Shown here: one piece after another, positions 54,396 to 62,289 of the stretch
How the letters are laid out: every line of letters begins with the position of its first letter
Position numbering within the stretch: position 1 is the first letter of the stretch
Translations under genes and position numbers: made by a program
The notes under the pieces: generated by a model
What the model was told of the DNA's origin: nothing
Database searches by the model: none
Seen by the model: only the letters and a program-made list of their open reading frames with translations
Source of the DNA: a virus
Taxonomy: Duplodnaviria > Caudoviricetes
Length of the DNA: 64,000 bases
Virus record (IMG/VR): IMGVR_UViG_3300027819_000001
Span: 1 to 64,000 of that record
Strand: one strand, 5' to 3'

Positions 54396-55535
54396 TCACT
54401 GCTTCCCGTCTTTTCCCAGAACCAACAGTTCTTCATCTCGAACTTTGCTGCCAGCCACATCACGCAACCGCAACCGTTCAGCGTGCTGGCCCCACGTAAG
54501 AGGACCTTTGTTCGGGTTATATTCCCACAGGTTCCGAATGTACGGTCGAAATTCGGACATCTTCGACACCCATTTAATCTCGACACGTAAAGGCGCCACG
54601 GGGAGCGGGTAAAGATTGGTATTCCACACAGGAACAGGAAGTGCATACCACCGTACTTTAGGAGCCGGAAGAATCCGATCTCGCGGTGAAGAATAGGCAA
54701 TACGACCATCGTCGCGATCAGCCAATGAGAAAAACGGAGCATTGAGCGTCGCGCACCACGTCCGATACGCTCTCCAAATCGTCGGCAACATCGCCTTGAT
54801 CGTTTCAACCTGTCGTTCATGATAAACCGCCATTCGTTTCTTGCTGGCGGCAAATGCCTTTCGCTTCTCTCGAACCGCTACCATTTTGAACCACGACAGG
54901 TTCGGAGAAAACTCCAGTGTCCACTGATAGCGTCTCTCCTTCTTATCGAACGCCCTCAGCTTTTCATCCAGCAAATTCCGGCCAATGCGTTCGAATTCCT
55001 CCTGCCGAGTGCTTGGACCACTATTGTCGGAGTCGATGTCCCAAAGGACTTCCTTCCAGTTGCCACGGAGAGGGAACGCCGCCAGCCTCGCGAACTTGAA
55101 ATTGACCACTGATCCGTAGTTGAGAATGCAATGGGCCATGGTCTCGCAGATCATCGTCCACATCACATCCGCCGCTTCCAGGTTGATGAAGATCCCCCGC
55201 CCGACAAGTTCGTTTAGGAAATCGTCGTCCTCCTTGTGGCGCTCGCTACGAAACTGCTTGATGTACGCGTCCGGGTTCCAAACCACCACGTCCTCAGGAT
55301 CCTTCTCTTCCGATCGTACCGCCACATCCTCCAGCTTGTGCCGTTGGATGTACCAGGATGTCTCGTCTTTCTGTTCGTGGACGACCTGCCGAAGCAAATC
55401 GAGGAGAATCACCTTTTGCTTTTTGAGAAGCGGGATGTCCGGGAGTTGGATCGTCAGCATATCCGTCCCTTCAGGCACTTCGACCTTGAGAGGAAATCGC
55501 CACCAATCGCTTTTTACCGTCCAAAGTTCAGTCAT
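54396..55535 (-). CDS. Hypothetical protein
   Basis: 379-aa ORF, first gene of the leftward unit. Confidence 0.7.
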   Translation of the reverse strand: MTELWTVKSDWWRFPLKVEVPEGTDMLTIQLPDIPLLKKQKVILLDLLRQVVHEQKDETSWYIQRHKLEDVAVRSEEKDPEDVVVWNPDAYIKQFRSERHKEDDDFLNELVGRGIFINLEAADVMWTMICETMAHCILNYGSVVNFKFARLAAFPLRGNWKEVLWDIDSDNSGPSTRQEEFERIGRNLLDEKLRAFDKKERRYQWTLEFSPNLSWFKMVAVREKRKAFAASKKRMAVYHERQVETIKAMLPTIWRAYRTWCATLNAPFFSLADRDDGRIAYSSPRDRILPAPKVRWYALPVPVWNTNLYPLPVAPLRVEIKWVSKMSEFRPYIRNLWEYNPNKGPLTWGQHAERLRLRDVAGSKVRDEELLVLGKDGKQ

Positions 55536-55551
55536 CCGTTGTCCGTTGAAT

Positions 55552-55624
55552 TGGCCACCCCTGGGCTCGCACCAGGACCTCCCACCACTGGTTTGATGGT
55601 CGTCCTACTTTAGACCAGGCAGCC
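55552..55624 (-). tRNA. Non-canonical tRNA-like element (identity unclear, no encoded CCA)
   Basis: 73 nt; acceptor GGCTGCC/GGTGGCC+A73; D arm GTCT/GGAC; variable loop GAGGT; T arm CCTGG-TGCGAGC-CCAGG; aberrant anticodon arm. Confidence 0.55.
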
Positions 55625-55627
55625 GTT

Positions 55628-55659
55628 AAAAAGCTGCGCCGGGAGATCCCGAACGCAGC
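55628..55659 (-). terminator. Hairpin plus U-tract just 5' of the tRNA-like element
   Basis: GCTGCG..CGGGA-TC-TCCCG..CGCAGC-TTTTT. Confidence 0.45.
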
Positions 55660-55676
55660 CCCAGGAATACACGCGA

Positions 55677-55704
55677 TTGACAAATATCGTCGATTCTTTA
55701 GGCT
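55677..55704 (+). promoter_or_regulatory. sigma70-like early promoter P3
   Basis: TTGACA-16 nt-TAGGCT upstream of the recombination/replication operon. Confidence 0.6.
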
Positions 55705-55722
55705 GTCCATGAAAATTACGGC

Positions 55723-55743
55723 AACGGCTTACGGACACGATAT
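55723..55743 (+). promoter_or_regulatory. Shared upstream motif, copy 2
   Basis: AACGGCTTACGGA-CACGATAT-ATG. Confidence 0.55.
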
Positions 55744-56805
55744 ATGAAAACCTTCAGCAGAAATCCCTCTATGAGCGATCAAAACCCCTCACAAGCACTC
55801 ACCGTCCATCATGAAAACATGGCGGTTTCAGCGCCTCTCACCCTCCGGGAAATCAAAGATCAGGTCAACCTTATCCAGCAGGTCATGCGTGACGTGATGG
55901 TTGACGGTGAGCACTACGGCACGATTCCTGGCACGAACAAGGACAAGAAATCCCTTCTTAAACCAGGAGCAGAAAAGCTCTGCCTCACGTTTCGGTTCGC
56001 TCCGTCCTACGAATTGACGAAAACCGATCTCGGTGGTGGCCACGTCGATTACGAAATGGTCTGCACGCTTAGGACGATCCAGAGCGGAACCATCGTTGGG
56101 CAAGGACTTGGGTCCTGCAACACTCGGGAAAAGAAATACCTTTATCGCCCTGGTCCGGTTGAATTCACAGGTCAACCGGTTCCGCAGGCGTATTGGGATA
56201 TGCGCAAGTCCAATCCTAAGCAGGCCCAGGAATCTATTGGAGGCGTCGGATTTGCGGCAGCAAAGAATCCAGAAAATGGTTTCTATGAAATTGCCATCAA
56301 AGGAGAGACAATCGAACACGACAATCCAGCGGACTACTACAACACGTGCCTGAAAATGTGTACCAAGAGAGCACTGGTAGCAGCCATCCTGACAGCCACC
56401 GCCGCCTCCGACATCTTTGTTCAGGACCTCGATGATGATCCTGATGATCTCCCGGAAGACGCCAAGCCAAAGCCTGAGGCAAAGACCACCCCGGCGAAGA
56501 AGACCGAACCTGCCAAGGATGCTCCCAAAGATCCACTAAAGGAACCTGCCAAGGCTCCCGAAGGCAAAGCTCCGGAAGCTGCTGGTGGTTGGAAGGAAGT
56601 CGCGATCCACTTCGGGAAGAACAAGGGTATCAAGCTTGGCGCTCTCGAAGACAACTCGCTCAACTGGTATATCGAGAACTTCGAACCGAAGGAATACAAC
56701 GGCAAGTTCCAGCAAAATGACCTTGACCTCCGTGCTGCCCTTAACCAGGCAGCGAATGAACTGGAACAGGGTGCCAACAAGAACAACGAACCTCCCGCCC
56801 AATGA
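55744..56805 (+). CDS. Single-strand annealing (recombination) protein
   Basis: HYGTIPG..KKSLLKPGAEKL, GLGSCNTRE, NTCLKMCTKRALVAA..DIFVQD; C-terminal IHFGKNKG domain. Confidence 0.7.
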   Translation: MKTFSRNPSMSDQNPSQALTVHHENMAVSAPLTLREIKDQVNLIQQVMRDVMVDGEHYGTIPGTNKDKKSLLKPGAEKLCLTFRFAPSYELTKTDLGGGHVDYEMVCTLRTIQSGTIVGQGLGSCNTREKKYLYRPGPVEFTGQPVPQAYWDMRKSNPKQAQESIGGVGFAAAKNPENGFYEIAIKGETIEHDNPADYYNTCLKMCTKRALVAAILTATAASDIFVQDLDDDPDDLPEDAKPKPEAKTTPAKKTEPAKDAPKDPLKEPAKAPEGKAPEAAGGWKEVAIHFGKNKGIKLGALEDNSLNWYIENFEPKEYNGKFQQNDLDLRAALNQAANELEQGANKNNEPPAQ

Positions 56806-57449
56806 GCTACCAAATCTTCGACATTGAGACCGGACCTCTCCCTGAGGACCAACTCGCCAGGATAAAACCGGACTTCAAGGCGCCGTCCAACTACAAGGAT
56901 CCGGTCAAGATCGCCCAGAACATCGCCATCCAACACCAGGAATGGATATCTGACGCCGCACTTTCGGCTCAAACCGGCCAAATTCTCTGCATCGGCATGT
57001 CGGACGGCATCGATTACCAAGTCCTGGAAGGGACCGAGGAGGAACTCCTGGAGCGATTCTGGCTGGAATGGAGATTTGTCAAAATCCCGGAGCGCGTATT
57101 TGTGGGGCACAACATCAAGGGGTTCGATCTTCAGTTCCTCGTCCAGCGCACCTTCATCCATGGGCTTTACTGCCCTTCGGACGTAATCGAGGGCAACCGA
57201 TGGAACAAACGCTTCCTCGACACCATGGAGTGGTGGGGTTGCCGGGCTCATCAATCGTTCATCTCCCTGGACCAACTCTCTAAAGTGCTCGGATTCGGGC
57301 CAAAAATAGGCACAGGAGCCGACTTTCACAAACTTTGGGCTCTGGATCGCCCCAAGGCCGTAGAATACGTCCTGGACGATTTAAAGCGCACCAAGAACTG
57401 CGCCGCCAAGATGGGAATGCTCCCACGAACTGAACCTTCCGCTGGCTGA
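56802..57449 (+). CDS. DnaQ/PolB-type 3'-5' exonuclease
   Basis: IFDIET, GHNIKGFD, SLDQLS, EYVLDD. Confidence 0.85.
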   Translation: MSYQIFDIETGPLPEDQLARIKPDFKAPSNYKDPVKIAQNIAIQHQEWISDAALSAQTGQILCIGMSDGIDYQVLEGTEEELLERFWLEWRFVKIPERVFVGHNIKGFDLQFLVQRTFIHGLYCPSDVIEGNRWNKRFLDTMEWWGCRAHQSFISLDQLSKVLGFGPKIGTGADFHKLWALDRPKAVEYVLDDLKRTKNCAAKMGMLPRTEPSAG

Positions 57450-57509
57450 TCGCCAATTCAACCAGCAGGATTCAACAACAAATTGGCAACAACATAACAA
57501 AAACACGCA

Positions 57510-57812
57510 ATGGCAAAAGAAGCTAACAAACCGTCCGAGACAGCCGATGAGCTTATCATTGGCGCAATCCAAGAGAACGTCGCGACCCTCTATCGGCGTC
57601 ATTCCTCGAAAATCAGCGCGATGATCAAAGCATCCGAAAATCAGGCGCTAACCGTCAACTTCGCCACGAAAATCGACAAATCTTAGGCGGAAACGTCGGT
57701 CGAGACCAAGATCCGGTGCAGTTCGTCCGTTACCGACAAAGTCACCCAATCGCTGGATCCCGGCCAGGGCAAGTTCTCCTTCAAGGAACCGGGCAAAGAG
57801 GGCGAGCAGTAA
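57510..57812 (+). pseudogene. 100-codon gene with an in-frame TAG at 57684-57686
   Basis: ...ATKIDKS*AETSVETKIRCSSSVTDKVTQSLDPGQGKF...EQ*; TAA ends 1 nt before ATG57814. Confidence 0.65.
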
Positions 57813-57813
57813 A

Positions 57814-58128
57814 ATGAAGACGGACTGGAGCAAAGTCGATTGGTCGAAAACGACCACCCAGATCGCTCGTGAGACGGGTGTTCTTGGAAACTACGTCTCA
57901 GCTAAGCGCAGACAGCACGCACCCCACACAGTTCGACTTCTGCGCCCCACGCCACCGGGTACGTCCAGACAGCGGGAATACCAAAAGAGAAAACATGCTG
58001 CTGATCTCTGCTGGGAATGCGGTAAAAAGCTCCAACACTACAAGCAATTGTGCGATTCCTGCTACCTGAAGAGACGGCAATGTCGGCGCTCAAAAACAGG
58101 TTGCCGCCACTACAAAACAAGGATTTGA
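57814..58128 (+). CDS. HTH + Zn-finger protein
   Basis: DWSKTTTQIARETG; CWEC, CDSC. Confidence 0.7.
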   Translation: MKTDWSKVDWSKTTTQIARETGVLGNYVSAKRRQHAPHTVRLLRPTPPGTSRQREYQKRKHAADLCWECGKKLQHYKQLCDSCYLKRRQCRRSKTGCRHYKTRI

Positions 58129-58216
58129 AAAATATTCCTTGCCACACGATGGGATCTGTCCCATAACGGAAACACGGCTGTGACAGGCCATTCAGATGAA
58201 CGAAACAATTCTCAAC

Positions 58217-58409
58217 AATGCCACCAGCGAAATGGGTTCTCTGAGCTTCCCCGGCTCTTGTCTGGCCCGCTGTCACTCGCTGGTGGTATTTTTGAGGATT
58301 GGGTCGTGTTAGGCCAGTCCTCACCCACCGCCATCGTCCGTTGCACCCTGTCCCGTGGTGATGAATCACGATCTGTTGGGGCGCTTCTGGACGGTGGCGT
58401 CTTTTTTTT
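58217..58409 (+). ncRNA. Three-domain structured leader with U-tract before the replication genes
   Basis: Stems 58217-58230/58277-58290, 58293-58302/58314-58323, 58329-58339/58389-58399, then T8 and ATG58410. Confidence 0.6.
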
Positions 58410-58700
58410 ATGCCGATCATAAAGTCCACAAACTCAAAGATGTTTCCAGTCCATCCAGATTTGGATGAGGCCGGATTAACCCCATACGAATTCAGGGTCT
58501 ACTGTCACATCGCCCGTCTTGACTACGGAGAGATGGAGACAAGACCTCTTCTTCACATGGCTGAGCACTGCGACATGTCGCGGGAAATGTTCAAGAACTG
58601 TCTGGCGGAGTTGTTAGCCCGAAGAATGATCGTCAAGCTCGCCGCTCCCAATGGAAAGCCTGTCACGTATGGCATCGTCAACCGAACGGACTGGCTATGA
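58410..58700 (+). CDS. Winged-HTH (replication-initiator N-terminus-like) protein
   Basis: GLTPYEFRVYCHIA...MAEHCDMSRE..L.EL. Confidence 0.7.
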   Translation: MPIIKSTNSKMFPVHPDLDEAGLTPYEFRVYCHIARLDYGEMETRPLLHMAEHCDMSREMFKNCLAELLARRMIVKLAAPNGKPVTYGIVNRTDWL

Positions 58701-59020
58701 GCGAACCTTACCCAGAACTGTTTCCGCAGTCGGTGTTTGTCCGGGAAACGATCCGTCAATCACCAAATGCTTACGCTTTGATCAATTCGACAGGAATCAA
58801 CGATCCAAAACTTTCTTGGGCTGCAAAAGGAGTCCTGGCTCTCATGATCTCACGCGAGGACAGATCCTCAACGACTTCAAACGCTGTGAACCTTTGTGCT
58901 AATGATTCGCCCGGCGAGTTCGATCTGGCGGTCGATTGCCTTATCGAAAACGGTTATGCCGAGTACGTCGACGGAAAGCTCTGGTTCTACGACGTTCCGA
59001 AGTCTGGAGGTTTTCGATGA
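58697..59020 (+). CDS. Winged-HTH (replication-initiator N-terminus-like) protein
   Basis: DPKLSWAAKGVL...LIENGY. Confidence 0.7.
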   Translation: MSEPYPELFPQSVFVRETIRQSPNAYALINSTGINDPKLSWAAKGVLALMISREDRSSTTSNAVNLCANDSPGEFDLAVDCLIENGYAEYVDGKLWFYDVPKSGGFR

Positions 59021-59967
59021 AGGACACTATTTTCGTGACGCAAAACAAGGAGGCTCCGTTCACAAAGATATCCAAATCATTCATAGATAATCCGAAGCTC
59101 TCTTGGACCGCCAAGGCAATTCTTGTCTACCTCAAAGGAAAGCCAAACGGTTGGTCAATCCAGATCACTGACATTATCAATCACTCAACAGACAAGGAGA
59201 CCGCAGTAAGGGCCGCATTGAAAGAACTTCGTCTGGCCAAGCACGCCAAGATTGAGACTGTTCGTTCTGAGGGTAAAATCGTGGAGCGATATTGGGTGGT
59301 AAGTGAGGATCCAATCCTAGAAGACAAAAGCTTATTGTGGAAAACCTCAAATAAGGAAAACCAAAACAAGGAAACCTCAATTGAGAAAACCTTAATTAAG
59401 GAAACCAGTACGCTTAGTAAGACTGAAGATGTACAAAGAATAGAAGATGTACAAAGAATGAAGGTCGCTGAAGCTCCAAAATCTTGGGAGGAAGGAATTC
59501 CATGGGATTCAGACAATCCAAATCATCCTGACTATCTCTACGCTCATCCTGAGGAGAGACCACAGATGGAACTCATTAATGCTCGGGAACTGAACGAACC
59601 CACCCAAGTGCCGGTCGCCCCTCCCTCAGCGAAGTCCAACAAAGCAGATCGGGATCAGGCGGAAGTTCTTCGCGTTCCAGTCCCTCACAATCTTGATACC
59701 GAGGAATTTTGGAAGCACTGGATCATGTGGCTCAACGAGAGAAGGGTGAAGCGCAAGGCCGTATCCGTGCAGGCGGCGAAGATGCAGCTTAACGATCTAT
59801 CCGGGCTTGGTGTTGCGAACGCGATCAAATCGATCCAGCAATCGATCAAGAACGGGTACCAAGGACTTTTCCCGCCAAGGGAAGAAACAAGCAGAGTAAA
59901 TGGAAGGACCGACTACAGGGCAAGAGACCGAGAACCAGGAATGAAAATGAAAGTAACCGAATACTGA
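59017..59967 (+). CDS. Phage replication initiator
   Basis: NPKLSWTAKAIL..KPNGW..L.EL; C-terminal W..W..R...SIKNGYQGLF; precedes loader. Confidence 0.8.
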   Translation: MKDTIFVTQNKEAPFTKISKSFIDNPKLSWTAKAILVYLKGKPNGWSIQITDIINHSTDKETAVRAALKELRLAKHAKIETVRSEGKIVERYWVVSEDPILEDKSLLWKTSNKENQNKETSIEKTLIKETSTLSKTEDVQRIEDVQRMKVAEAPKSWEEGIPWDSDNPNHPDYLYAHPEERPQMELINARELNEPTQVPVAPPSAKSNKADRDQAEVLRVPVPHNLDTEEFWKHWIMWLNERRVKRKAVSVQAAKMQLNDLSGLGVANAIKSIQQSIKNGYQGLFPPREETSRVNGRTDYRARDREPGMKMKVTEY

Positions 59968-59970
59968 CCT

Positions 59971-60609
59971 ATGGAAGACTATTTTGAAAAGATGCTGGAG
60001 CGACTATCGAAGATCAAGCCGAAGACTGATGCCGAGATGGCGGAGTATGAGGCGGATAAACGTCGGGAGAGAGCCGTTGAACTTCGAGGCGAAAGTGGGA
60101 TCGAGATGGACAGGTTCTCTAAACCGCTGATCAAGGACGGTCGCTGGGAAACCTTGAGGCAAACCCTGGTGTCCAAGCTTGGCACCGGGTTGATGTGCGC
60201 CCTGGTTGGGGTGAGGGGGAACGGCAAGACCCAGCTTGGTGTGGAGATCATCCGGGCCGCTACTGAGAAAGGATGGACCGGGTATCTGGTACGATCGACG
60301 CGCCTGATGATGCGAATCAAGGGAGCGATCAACTCTAGCGGTTCGCCGGAGGACGTTATCGAAGAATACATCGGATACCGGGTTCTGGTAATCGACGAGA
60401 TAGAGAAAGGCATCGGGACCGGGTACGAGAGCCAGATGTTCTTTGAGCTTTTGGTGTCCAGGTCGGAGAAGGGAACCAGGCGGGACACGATCCTGATCAG
60501 TAACGAGACGGACGAGGAAGCATTCAGGTCTGTGATTGGGGATTCGCTTGGCTCCAGGATGAACGCGAACGGCGGGATCATCCGCTGTGGGTGGCCGTCA
60601 TACCGTTGA
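59971..60609 (+). CDS. DnaC/IstB-like helicase-loader ATPase
   Basis: GVRGNGKT, LVIDE, TILISN, SRM. Confidence 0.85.
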   Translation: MEDYFEKMLERLSKIKPKTDAEMAEYEADKRRERAVELRGESGIEMDRFSKPLIKDGRWETLRQTLVSKLGTGLMCALVGVRGNGKTQLGVEIIRAATEKGWTGYLVRSTRLMMRIKGAINSSGSPEDVIEEYIGYRVLVIDEIEKGIGTGYESQMFFELLVSRSEKGTRRDTILISNETDEEAFRSVIGDSLGSRMNANGGIIRCGWPSYR

Positions 60610-60613
60610 ATTT

Positions 60614-61147
60614 ATGAAAACGATAATCACATTCAAAACGTCGGTGCTGGTGGAGGATGAGGTAACCATGACGCAACTGGTTGACGTGTTATTCCGGTGC
60701 AAGGGTGTTGGCGCTCCATTGGAATACACGGTCACAAATGAAACGGATGATTTTCTTTACTTTGGGCCAGATCCCAAAATCAATCCAGAGACTGGAAAGG
60801 TCGAGTGCGGAGCCATTCACTCTGACATGGAAGGGATGAGATGCACAGAAGAAGATGGTCATTCCGGACCGCATAAGCACGGAAAAACAGGAACGAGTTG
60901 GTTAGCCGGGGCCATGGCCTTACTGAATGAATTCGGACTTCCAAACGAAGTGGACAAAGTTAAGGCAAAGCAGGCGAGGATGCCAACTTCGCCCATCGAT
61001 CCTCACACGCGGTGTTCAAGCAAGTACGCCGGAAACCAATGCCTTTTTAATGTTGGCCACGAAGGCAATCACAGTGGGGGGATGAGTTCATGGAACGACT
61101 TCGATGCCAAGACCCATCCTCATGGACCGCATGGGGGTGTCGAGTGA
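60614..61147 (+). CDS. Protein with two C-x-C-x4-GHxGxH-x-W metal-binding repeats
   Basis: CTEEDGHSGPH..W and CLFNVGHEGNH..W. Confidence 0.7.
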   Translation: MKTIITFKTSVLVEDEVTMTQLVDVLFRCKGVGAPLEYTVTNETDDFLYFGPDPKINPETGKVECGAIHSDMEGMRCTEEDGHSGPHKHGKTGTSWLAGAMALLNEFGLPNEVDKVKAKQARMPTSPIDPHTRCSSKYAGNQCLFNVGHEGNHSGGMSSWNDFDAKTHPHGPHGGVE

Positions 61148-61260
61148 AACCGACCTGCTGCGAACTATGCGGAAAGCAGAAGGAGCTTTTCCAGATAAGC
61201 TGGTCGAACAAGCACCAGGCGTGGACGTGCCTGTGGTGCTACCTCACCTACCCGGTATGA
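61144..61260 (+). CDS. 38-aa Zn-finger mini-protein
   Basis: CELC...CLWC; GTGA/ATGA coupled; read manually. Confidence 0.55.
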   Translation: MKPTCCELCGKQKELFQISWSNKHQAWTCLWCYLTYPV

Positions 61261-61532
61261 ACATGACCAAACAGGAATACGCCATCAAGTTGGCCTGGTT
61301 TAGGAAGTTGAAGGGGCTGTCGCACGACACGATGGCTGAACGGATGGAGAAGAAGTTCGGCCATCTTTCTACTCAGCCAGTCTCTTGGCACATGATCCTT
61401 GAGGGGATAGAGGCTGGCGCTATCGACGCCAAGGATCAAGGCGTGGCAATGGTTGCTTACGGTCTTGGGATGTCGGTTGAAGACTTTGTCGGTCAAAAAG
61501 CCAAAACTTTGAGGAAGATGACCATCGTATGA
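61257..61532 (+). CDS. XRE-type HTH protein
   Basis: RKLKGLSHDTMAERM...IEAG...VAYGLGM. Confidence 0.7.
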   Translation: MNMTKQEYAIKLAWFRKLKGLSHDTMAERMEKKFGHLSTQPVSWHMILEGIEAGAIDAKDQGVAMVAYGLGMSVEDFVGQKAKTLRKMTIV

Positions 61533-61771
61533 GCACCACCACGATCAAGCTTTGGTACGTGTCGGAGACTTCCAAGGCGAGACGGTATTGCAAGCTGCCG
61601 TTGAGCCGCAATCCAACCGACAGCGATTATTTGTACGTGCCTTTGAGCATCATCGAGCACACCACCAAGTGGGCACCGCTGAAGGATGACAAAGGGCGTT
61701 TGGTTGGATGCGAACGATGGTGCCATGAGGTAACGCTCCCGGACTGGTTTATCGAGAAGGAGAAGCTTTGA
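61529..61771 (+). CDS. Small hypothetical protein
   Basis: YVPLSII, LPDWFIEK. Confidence 0.7.
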   Translation: MSTTTIKLWYVSETSKARRYCKLPLSRNPTDSDYLYVPLSIIEHTTKWAPLKDDKGRLVGCERWCHEVTLPDWFIEKEKL

Positions 61772-62289
61772 AACCCTACTACGAAGACGACCGGGCCACG
61801 ATTTACCACGGCGATTGCCGTTCGATTCTGCCAAACCTGGTGGAAGGAGTCCTTGTCACCGATCCTGTCTGGCCAAACGCGACGGCTGACGTTTCGCGGC
61901 CGAACTACAAGGGAAGGTTGTTGGCTGGAACGGACATCGGATACCTGTTCGGAGAGCCGCCATCGGTGACGCCTGGCCGGATGCTGATCGCTGGGATGTG
62001 CCGGGATGCCTCCTCCGATGGGAAACAGACAGACCATCCGTGCCCAAGGAAGCTTAAGCACGTCAAGTGGCTGCTGAGACAGTGGACGGATTCATGGGAG
62101 ATCGCCGTTGATCCGTTCGCCGGGAGTTGCACGACCGCTTTAGCGGCAAAGGAGATGGGTCAGAAGTCCATCTGCATCGAAATTGAGGAGCGGTACTGCG
62201 AGATGGGAGCCAACCGCCTTACACAAGCGATGCTGGACCTCGATGTATTTCACGACCCAGTTCTACGAGACAAGCTTTTGGCAATATGA
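61768..62289 (+). CDS. N6A/N4C DNA methyltransferase (beta class), unusually short
   Basis: IYHGDC, TDPVW (motif IV), HPCPR, DPFAGSCTT (motif I). Confidence 0.8.
   Translation: MKPYYEDDRATIYHGDCRSILPNLVEGVLVTDPVWPNATADVSRPNYKGRLLAGTDIGYLFGEPPSVTPGRMLIAGMCRDASSDGKQTDHPCPRKLKHVKWLLRQWTDSWEIAVDPFAGSCTTALAAKEMGQKSICIEIEERYCEMGANRLTQAMLDLDVFHDPVLRDKLLAI

Noticed and set aside
6777-55596. Numerous + strand ORFs opposite the late genes (e.g. 10415-11518, 41610-42449, 43461-44405, 49918-50739)
   Set aside because: Antisense shadows of long coupled genes in moderately high-GC DNA, with no motifs; only terL is supported on + in this span
57684-57686. Genome-wide TAG reassignment
   Set aside because: Several genes end normally in TAG (16341, 33497, 43332) and very long ORFs contain no internal TAG
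1549-58377. Shared 10-mer ACGATCTGTT at 1549 and 58368
   Set aside because: A 10-mer match is expected by chance in 64 kb and the contexts differ
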